In this document: one piece after another, positions 55,392-64,000 of the stretch
Position numbering within the stretch: position 1 is the stretch's first letter
How the letters are laid out: every line of letters begins with the position of its first letter
Assembly: GCF_006345805.1 (NCBI RefSeq)
Contig: NC_043004.1
Location: forward strand, 39,680,001-39,744,000
Source of the DNA: Octopus sinensis
Lineage: Eukaryota
Direction of reading: 5' to 3'
DNA: 64,000 nt
Translations under genes and position numbers: made by a program
The notes under the pieces: model-generated
Databases searched by the model: none
What the model was told of the DNA's origin: nothing
Seen by the model: the letters and a program-made list of their open reading frames with translations, nothing else

Positions 55392-55701
55392 AGCCAAGTC
55401 GGAACAGATATTTTTCACGAGGCATTCCCGTCCCTGCCTCGGCAATATCTGACCTAAAATTTTCAAATCATCGCACTCGCGCCAAATTTATCGGCAGCAA
55501 ATAAATATAAGCCGCCGATTCCATTACGGAATTAACCAGAAAATTCATAATTAATCAATATAGGGTGGCAAAAAAAATTTTGTAGAATTTTTTTGCCACC
55601 ATATATATATATATATGACGGGCTTGTTTCATTTTCCGTCTATATAATCCACTCACAAGGCTTTGGTCGGCTCGAGGCTATAGTAGAAGACACTTGCCAT
55701 C

Positions 55702-55734
<33 letters not shown>

Positions 55735-56372
55735 TGTATCCCCACCGCCGCTTGAGACAACCGATAGAATAAATACTAGGCTTACAAAGAATAAGTATAT
55801 CCCATAGTGACGATCAACGTTATATCATGGCAAGTCAGAAGGTCAATGAAGCCACTAGATAAGCGATGGGTGGCGTGCGGTTCGCGGAACTTTCTGGATG
55901 ACACGCTACCAAAAAAGTTACCTTGGATTTTTTTTTTAGAGGTGCGGCCCGCTTGATGTTAGGTCATGTTGCATGCGGCTCGCTTCGAGAAAAAAAAAGT
56001 TGCTTATCCCTGTACGAGCTCTCAACGTTAAACTGATCTTTTAGCACTTCATTATTTTGTATTACTGCTGACATTTTGCACTTGTATGTGTTTATAGCAT
56101 GTGTCTGTTTATACGCGAGTGTGTGCGTGTTGCTATGAATGTTTATGTATGTGTGCGTCACTGTCCGCATGCACATGTTTGCGTAGATATGTATACATAT
56201 TTTTATATAGAATATGTATGTATGTATGTATGTATATCTGTGTGTGTATGCATGTATGAATATCTATAGCTATTTATATATTTCTATATAGATATGTTTT
56301 TGTGTGTGTGTCTGACTGTCTGTCTGTGTGTGTATGTGTGTGTGTGTGCGTATGTATGTGCGTGTGTATGTA

Positions 56373-56433
<61 letters not shown>

Positions 56434-57329
56434 TGAATAAAACTTTACATATATAAATATAAATAACGTGAAATACACGAAGGGACGAACATGAAAAACA
56501 GACAGGTCATTCAAAGCCTTCATTCTTCAGTAAGAAACCGATTCATCATTGCAAATTTCGGCTGTTTAATATATATACATACATACATATATATATATAT
56601 AAGGCTATATATGTGTGTGGATGTATACACGTTTCTGTGAATATAAATATATATATGACAGACATACAAATAGATAGTTAGATACTTAGATAGATAGATA
56701 GCCTCAGCTCTCTGCAAATCTGGTTCTCGTCAACTCGTTTCCGATTGGATGGTTACTCGTCTTAAATTAAACTAATTTGCGTGTCATCTGTGGATGACTG
56801 CATTTTCTTTGCTGTCCCTTTTCGCCGTGTCGGTATTGTGTTTCAACCAACGAGGGGTTAATAAAGGCAGCTTTTTTTTTTTTTTTTTCTTTTTTGAAGG
56901 GGTTGGTTGAGAAAGATAGAATACATTGCTTGGTACCAGGAAGAGATAAGCTGACAAAAAAAAAAAAAGTTATGCGATTCGATAACCGGAAAAATAAATA
57001 CAAATTTAAAAAATGAGTAAGTTGGTAAAGAAACGTGCGGGTGTGGACGAAGGGATGGAGGTGCGCGCGCGTGTGCGTTCTTGTAAGGCATTTTTTATTT
57101 TCAGAAGGGCCTGAGAAGAGGTATTACAGAAGATTTATATAATTGCTAAGATTGTAAGTGGTATCTATGAAACGTTAATGGACAAGAGTACGTGTGCGGA
57201 GGGCTCAGCTAGCTTGCCCCGACTCGGCTCAGGTCTTGCTCATTTTGTGTATACATTGATGATAATAAAGGCCCGAAACATATGTACCGCTGAATCCTTC
57301 GCATCATGTTTTTATTTTGATCAATTATA

Positions 57330-57383
<54 letters not shown>

Positions 57384-57387
<4 letters not shown>

Positions 57388-57437
57388 TTACTAATGCAGC
57401 CGTACGCTCCGAACCTATGCGGAGAGACCTCAGTATT

Positions 57438-57468
<31 letters not shown>

Positions 57469-57528
57469 TATATGCACTTACTAATGCAGCCGTACCCTCC
57501 GAACCTATGCGGAGAGACCTCAGTATTT
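57384..57528. repeat. Two 55-bp direct repeats separated and flanked by (TA)n
   Basis: gcacttactaatgcagccgtac(g/c)ctccgaacctatgcggagagacctcagtattt at 57384 and 57474. Confidence 0.9.
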
Positions 57529-57545
57529 ATATATATATATATACA

Positions 57546-58200
57546 AGGCTGCGAGATAGCAGAAACGTTAGCACGCCGGGCAAAATGCTTAGCGGTATTT
57601 CGTCTGTCGTTACGTTCTGAGTTCAAATTCCGCCGAGGTCGACTTTGCCTTTCATCCTTTCGGGGAAGATAAATAAAGTACCAGTTTCGCACTGGGGTCG
57701 ATGTAATCGACTTAATCCGTTTGTCTGTCCTTGTTTATCCTCTCTGTGTTTAGCCCCTTGTGGGTAGTAAAGAAATAGGTATTTTGTCTGTCTAAAGGCG
57801 GCAAGCTGGCAGAAACGTTAGCATGCCGGGCGAAATGCGTAGCCGTATTTCGTCTGCTGTTACGTTCTGATTTCAAATTCCGCCGAGGTCGACTTTACCT
57901 TTCATCCTTTCGGGGTCGATTAAATAATTACCAGTTACGCACTGGGGTTGATATAATCGATTTAATCCGTTTGTCTGTCTTTGTTTATCCTCTCTGTGTT
58001 TAACCCCTTCTGGGTAGTAAAGAAATTGGTATTTCTTCTGTCTTTGCGTTCTGAGTTCAAATTCCACCGAGGTTGACTTTGCCTTTCATCCTTCCGGGGT
58101 TGATAAATTAAGTACCAGTTGCCTACTGGGGTCGATCAAATTGACTGGCTCCCCCATTCCCCCAAAATTTCGGGCATTGTGCCTAGAGTAGAAAAGAATA
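57546..58200 (+). mobile_element. Nested trimer of family A SINEs
   Basis: Full copies at about 57546-57777 and 57794-58027, then a headless copy at 58028-58200. Confidence 0.9.
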
Positions 58201-58295
58201 TTTATATATACACACACCTACATATACACATATATATATGTATACTCACATGCATACATACATGCATACACACACATACATGCATACATAAATAC

Positions 58296-58348
<53 letters not shown>

Positions 58349-58402
58349 TCGCAGAGATCCTCTTTGTCTTTCGTCTTTTCTCATCCCACAGTGCATCACA
58401 AT

Positions 58403-58655
58403 GCAAAGCAATGAAAGAAGAGGAGGTAAGAAAGATTGATCGAAGAGAGCGTAGAACAGGGGTGGACTGTCGAATATTACCACCTGGCAGTATTTGCTAG
58501 AGGCTTCATTGGAAAGAAAATGGTGACGTTATTTAAAAGAAGGTTTACATTTTCGAGCTCAGAGCTGAGAAAATAATAAGGAGGATACAGGAGGAATTCA
58601 ACAAAGCCAGCTTCTATATATGGCTGGAACGAGAAGACCCGAAATGGCTCAAAAG
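58403..58655 (+). pseudogene. C-terminus of a HERO/NeSL-like RLE non-LTR retrotransposon ORF
   Basis: AKQ*KKRR*ERLIEESVEQGWTVEYYHLAVFARGFIGKKMVTLFKRRF, then a frameshift, then IIRRIQEEFNKASFYIWLEREDPKW. Matches the KY..L...C...GW....V..RGF...E.AS.WLWL.R pattern. Confidence 0.7.
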
Positions 58656-59804
58656 CCATAACATGCCGACTGGGAAATAGCATCGCAAGGTGAGGCTGTC
58701 AATGAAACAGCGTTGCTGCTTGACAGGTGGGCCGAGGGATCAATCTCGTTCATTGTGCGGCCTCCTCCCTGATAGTTCGAAGGCTTGTACCACAAACAGC
58801 TAGTCGGCACTGGCTTCTGGAGCTGAAACTAACACAACTCTGTTGGAAAGTAGGTCAAGAGAATGCGCGGGCCAAGACTACGCGCCCTTCCCCTCCATTG
58901 GTCAGTTGAAGCCTAGATTGTGTCACGTGACAGCTGGTGCTGTCTGCTGGAGCCTACTAGGGAGACCATTCGCCCGCTGACATTCGTCGACGCTGCATCG
59001 AAGAAACTAAAGAACAAAAAGCCAAAGGGAAAAAATCGCTTTCAACACCATAGCTGAAGACACCTTCAAGAGGTGTGGCCACACCACGTCGAAAACGGTC
59101 GAGGAGTAGGAGCCGAAACCGGACGTAGGTCCTCCTGATGATATCCTTAGCCACTAGATCCTATAAAGGAGTTGTTGAGGTAGTGAACCACGAAACGTGG
59201 TTGGAATTCCCCAAATGATGAATTTCTAAAAGCATCAGACTGGGTACTGTGCGCTGTCCATTCTTGCTCTATCTTTTTCTGATTCCAAATCCTACCTACT
59301 TTCTCCGGAATAAAAGCAGGTGAGTCTTCTGTCAGAAAGTACGGCCCATCGAGAACTATTGACAATATCATGGCAGGAGGAACAGGAAAGAAGAATCGTT
59401 GAACTTGCTCTCTCATATATTATATACTTGACCGCTAGACTGAAATAGGTGTCATGGGGTTTCCCTAGCACCAAGAATCAAGAATTTTGCAAAGTTTGCA
59501 TGCCATTAAGAAAATGGACATGTTTATTATCTGGAAGACAGTCATAGATAGGTGTTTCTGCCTCAACAAGCGTCATCAGCATAGCGATTGTATAACCTTT
59601 TCTCTAACACATTAATGACTTAATTAGTATGCGTAATTTAAACAAATATGAGCTAAGAGACAAATAATTCAGAATGGCCTTTGGCACGCGTTTGAACATC
59701 ATAAACAAATACAGTTACATTAAATGCCATACAACATAAATTCTTGGTTTTTTAAAAATTATCTCCTTCTCAAGAGGATACAAAATAGCAATTAAGAACA
59801 TGCA

Positions 59805-59912
59805 TGTGTATGTATGTATGTATGTATGTATGTATGTATGTATGTATGTATGTATGTATGTATGTATGTATGTATGTATGTATGTATGCGTGTGTATGTA
59901 TGTATGTATGTA
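59805..59912. repeat. (TATG)n microsatellite
   Basis: Direct reading. Confidence 0.97.
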
Positions 59913-60024
59913 TATAATTATCGAACGTAGCTTCTCTAAGATAGTAGAATGCGATTTAAGAAACAGATTTTGTTAATATTTCTAGTATGTTGGGCGACTA
60001 CCTAGAGGCTCTCTTACACTTTTT

Positions 60025-60430
60025 TTACTCTTTTACTTGTTTCAGTCATTTGACTGCGGCCATGCTGGAGCACGGCCTTTAATCGAGCAAATCGACCCCG
60101 GGACTTATTCTATTGTAAGCCCAGTACTTATTCTATCGGTCTTTTTTGCCGAACCGCTAAGTAACGGGGACATAAACACACCAGCATCGGTTGTCAAGCA
60201 ATGCTAGGGGGACAAACACAGACACACAAACACACGCACATACATATATATATATACATATATACGGCGGGCTTCTTTCTTTCAGTTTCCGTCAACCAAA
60301 TCCACTCACAAGGCTTTGGTCGGCCCGAGGCTATAGTAGAAGACACTTACCCAAGGTGCCACGCAGTGGGACTGAACCCGGAACCATGTGGTTGGTAAAC
60401 AAGCTACTTACCACACAGCCACTCCTGCGT
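60025..60430 (-). mobile_element. SINE family B, full-length
   Basis: Colinear with 2724-3148. Confidence 0.92.
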
Positions 60431-61164
60431 CTTGTTAGCTTTTAATTTACGTATACAGAAAAGCAATGTTCATGCTTTCGTTTCAATTTTCATTAGTCTT
60501 CCATTTTACGTTTATTTCACTTCGACAAAGAGGTGACCAACGCTCAAAACTAACGCTTATGTTAGAAATAATTTCGAGATGGAATAAAAGAAATTTTGTC
60601 ATGAAAGTAAATCACTGGAAATGAAACTTAATGTATTAAATCAATTTTAGAAACTGAGATGTAATTAACATAAGTGAAGTAGGTGTTAGATTTGAAAGGA
60701 GCGAAATACAGAGTCGATTGGCCGTGATATCCTAAGAAATACAATCCGATCACCCCGAATGCTATTAAATTCCTCTCCCACCCCATGTTCAGAGAAGAAC
60801 AACTGCACCTAGCAGTCATTTGACCAATCAAATAGTCAAAAGACTGCTTATGTGCAATTTGTAACTGAAACCCAGTTGTCACCACCACCTGTTGGTTCAC
60901 GATCTGTTTACTCCACAGGGATTTTAGAGGGAGGAAGAGTCGAAGATGTCTAACGCCATATCTGTGCATGAATATATTATGGTGGGAAAGTCTTAACACA
61001 GGGATAGTTCTACCCTTTCGGCTTTCGAAGATCCGGGTCCAATGAGATAAAAATCACTAAGAACGGTGGCGTCGTTGAACGTAGGATTTGGTAGGAAATG
61101 GATTTGTAGACCTCCCTACTAACCGACTTAAGAACTCCAATTTATTTTCTGGGTTTATCATTGA

Positions 61165-61543
61165 CTAGCAGTATCGCCCGGCGTTGCTCAGGTTTGTAAG
61201 GGAAATAACTATAAAGCATTTTTAGAGTTATAGCCAAAAAATAGCAAAAAAATGGAAAAAAATGATGGTAAATTTTTTTTAGTTAAAAAAGGTGGAGTTG
61301 CGTCCCCTAGACAGTTTGCGGTTTGTGTTTCTAATTCTCGACCCCATGTCGAATTTATCGATATTTTTCAGAACTGGGGGAACTTTTCAAAATTTTCGCT
61401 GCGTTAGTTTTGAATTATGACATTGGGCTATGTGTGTGTCAAGTTTCATCAGAATCGGTTGAAAGCCGTGGTCAGGGTGAGGGTACAAGCAAACAGACAC
61501 ACAGAAACACGCACAGACAAACTGCCGTTTATATAGAGAGAGA
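61165..61543 (-). mobile_element. Non-autonomous Helitron-like element
   Basis: The minus strand begins A|TCtctctctatata and ends cctgagcaacgccggg (hairpin) cgatactgCTAG|T. Confidence 0.8.
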
Positions 61544-61829
61544 TTTAAAAAATTTTTTTTGTTTTTTTGGGGGTTTTTTTCTTTGTTTTTTTTTTTTTCA
61601 CAAACCCTCACCCACCATGCCACGCCAAGATGTCTTGTTCAGTTTATTTGTGGGAAAACAAGATATGACACTTGTTCAACACAGGATCTGAAAAATAGGC
61701 AAGGTTGAGTGAAGACAAGATGAGAGATGTTATTTCTCAAGTAGAATCAGTGAAGAAAGAACTAGCTTTCTCCATTTTCCGCTCCATTCTCTCGATGAAG
61801 TAAACCGACATTTTTAGGCGAAGATGGCG

Positions 61830-61910
61830 TGCGTGTGCGCGCGTCTATGTTTTAATATAGCTGTACATGTGTATGTGCGCGTGTGTGTGTACGCGCGTGT
61901 GTGTGTACGC

Positions 61911-61945
<35 letters not shown>

Positions 61946-62166
61946 AGTGTGTGTGTGCGTGTGTGTGCGCGTGAGTGTGTGTGTGCGTGTGTGTGTGCGT
62001 ACGTGTGTGTGCGCGTGCGTGCGTGTGTGTGTGTCTGTGTGTGCGCGCGCGAGTGTGTGTGTGCGTGCGCGTGTGTGTGTGCGTGTGTGTGTGTGTGTGT
62101 GTGTGCGTGTGTGTGCGCGAGTGTGTGTGTGTGTGTGTGTGTGTGCGCGTGCGTGTGTGTGTGTGT
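61830..62166. repeat. (TG)n/(CG)n compound microsatellite
   Basis: Direct reading. Confidence 0.97.
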
Positions 62167-62674
62167 TCATAATTATTTTTATATTCTACTCTTTAGGGCT
62201 TCAGAATGAGATCTTGGTTTAGAGTACACAGTTCAAACTGCCTAAAGTTTGTATAATGGAAAGCTCTTTAATTACTGTCTTCAAGTATCTCTTTGCAGAA
62301 GGAGACCATAAAGTTTAGGTAGGGCAGGTTTTAAGAAAAAGAGGATTAAAGTCGCAAGGTTGACTACGCGGTTAGACAGCATTATTCTCTGATCTCTCTT
62401 GTTAACTGCAACGCTAAGAGGAGATTTATCTGCGGTTGAGTGTTATGTACCTGCATATATTTAAGTGGTTATTACAGTCATCTCACTTTGTTTCTTGCTA
62501 TCTTTCTTTTTCTTTCTTTCTGTATTTCCTTCTTACCCTATATCTCTATCACTTTCTACATGTTTTTCTTACTGGTATCATTGTTTTTTTTTAAATTTAT
62601 TTTTACATAATTTCTTTCTTCTTTTTGTTTTGTTCATCTTTGCGTTTTACATTCTTTCAATGTTTATAAGTATG

Positions 62675-62708
<34 letters not shown>

Positions 62709-62859
62709 TGTATGTATGTATGTATGTATGTATGTATGTATGTATCTACCTATCTACCTATCTCTCAACCTCTCGATCTATCTATCCACCTTTTTATTTA
62801 CCTACATATCTACCTACATATCTATCTATCTATCTATATTTCTGTGATAACGATCCCCA

Positions 62860-63066
62860 TTGATAAATTTTTTTTTCTTTTCCCCTTTTTTTTCCTCTTC
62901 CCCCTTTTTAAAAATTTTATTCCCCCCTTTTTTGTCCTCTTTCTTTCCCTTTACGATCCCTTTTGATCGAAAACCAAACCCCCTCTTTTTACCCCCAAAA
63001 GAAAAGCTCTACCTTGTAATCTGTCCTGTCTGTGTGCAGCCCTGTGTGGCTAATAAAGAAACATAT
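62860..63066 (+). mobile_element. Probable LINE 3' UTR whose tail resembles the family A SINE tail
   Basis: Pyrimidine-rich stretch ending ctgtcctgtctgtgtgcagccctgtgtggctaataaagaaa. Confidence 0.4.
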
Positions 63067-63169
63067 CTACTTACTTACCTATCTATCTTCTTTTATATAT
63101 GTATATAGATAGATAGATAGATAGATATGTGAGTGTATGTGTATATATGTATACGTAAACATATACTTG

Positions 63170-63405
63170 TGTGTGTGTTTGTGCTTGACCTCCCTCTACC
63201 GCATGTCAAACTGGTTTATGTCCACCTGAAGTAGCAGTTCGACAAAAGACATCCGATAGAATGAGTACCAGACTTAAAACGAAAAAATAAATCAATAAAT
63301 AAAAATACATGGACTACTTGAGTCGGTTTATTCGACTAAAGACTTTAACAGAACTGCCCCAGCATGGCTGCAGTCCAATGAGTGAAACAAATAAAAGATA
63401 AAAGT
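63170..63405 (+). mobile_element. SINE family B, 3' half, degraded
   Basis: gacatccgatagaatgagtacc...ccagcatggctgcagtccaatgagtgaaac. Confidence 0.75.
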
Positions 63406-63442
63406 TATACACAGAGACGCGTACATAAATACATTTACACAG

Positions 63443-63443
63443 T

Positions 63444-63512
<69 letters not shown>

Positions 63513-63547
63513 TTATCTATCTATCCATCTATCTATCTATCTACCTA

Positions 63548-63578
<31 letters not shown>

Positions 63579-63630
63579 GCCTGTCCATCTATCTGTCTGT
63601 CTGTCCATCTGTCTATCTATCTGACTGCCA

Positions 63631-63676
<46 letters not shown>

Positions 63677-63908
63677 TATCTATCTGTCTGTCTCTAACAC
63701 TATGTATCTCTCTATCTCACTTTCTATCTATCTGTCTGTCTATCTGTCTGTCTATCTACCTATCTATCTATCTATCTATCTAACTGTATGTCTGTCTCTA
63801 ACACTATGTATCTATCTATCTCACGTTATATCTATCTATCTATTTATGCATCTATCTCTAACACTCTAAATCTATCTCTTACTTTCTGTCTATCTCTATC
63901 TATCTATC
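63443..63908. repeat. (TCTA)n/(TCTG)n microsatellite
   Basis: Direct reading. Confidence 0.95.
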
Positions 63909-64000
63909 ACAATGGACGGACGCTAGTCATATCGGCTCCAAGTAAGTTGGCCACTTTTACATGTTTAAAACTCCTTGTTGTCAAATATTTTGTTTTAATC

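Larger units (their letters stand above)
54565..55600 (-). repeat. Tandem 492-bp unit (2 copies plus 52 bp), retrozyme/Penelope-like
   Basis: aattaatcaatatagggtggcaaaa starts at 54565, 55057 and 55549. Three visible substitutions between the copies. Flanked by (TA)n. Confidence 0.93.
54345..55700 (-). mobile_element. SINE family B split by the 492-bp tandem insertion in its internal (TA)n
   Basis: Tail part at 54345-54530 and head-side part at 55617-55700. Confidence 0.85.

Noticed and set aside
57384-57528. CRISPR-like repeat/spacer arrangement
   Set aside because: Only two repeats, the spacers are (TA)n, the context is eukaryotic and there are no cas genes.
59147-59474. Minus-strand ORFs with DRRLTCFYSGESR, reminiscent of a LINE ORF1 zinc knuckle
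   Set aside because: The CCHC motif is incomplete and the similarity is too weak to call by eye.
60628-60999. 123-aa non-repetitive ORF
   Set aside because: No recognisable domain or splice signals. Possibly an old LINE remnant.
61820-61830. YY1-like aagatggcg motif
   Set aside because: Single short motif adjoining a microsatellite, with no other promoter evidence.

Overview
AT-rich, microsatellite-saturated eukaryotic DNA. The SINE families and repeat landscape look like an octopus/coleoid cephalopod genome (inference). There is one 100-N scaffold gap. No intact protein-coding gene is supported. Nearly all listed ORFs are translations of (TA)n/(TG)n/(TATG)n/(AAT)n tracts or of SINEs. The window holds dozens of tRNA-derived SINEs (about 4 head/core types with shuffled tails) and decayed Tc1/mariner and pogo/Tigger transposases. 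It also has two copies of an 8-bp-TSD MITE, a 303-bp foldback element with a 9-bp TSD, two Helitron-like non-autonomous elements, and 3' ends of RLE-type non-LTR retrotransposons (HERO-like and R4/Dong-like). The most notable signal is a set of mutually unrelated short inserts inside (TA)n tracts that carry type I hammerhead ribozymes. One is a 492-bp tandem unit (2.1 copies) with two intact-looking hammerheads, resembling a retrozyme/Penelope-type circular-RNA element. A polypyrimidine-AG|GTAAGT candidate recursive splice site and a candidate 45-nt exon suggest the window may lie in a giant + strand intron. Coordinates of decayed repeats are approximate.
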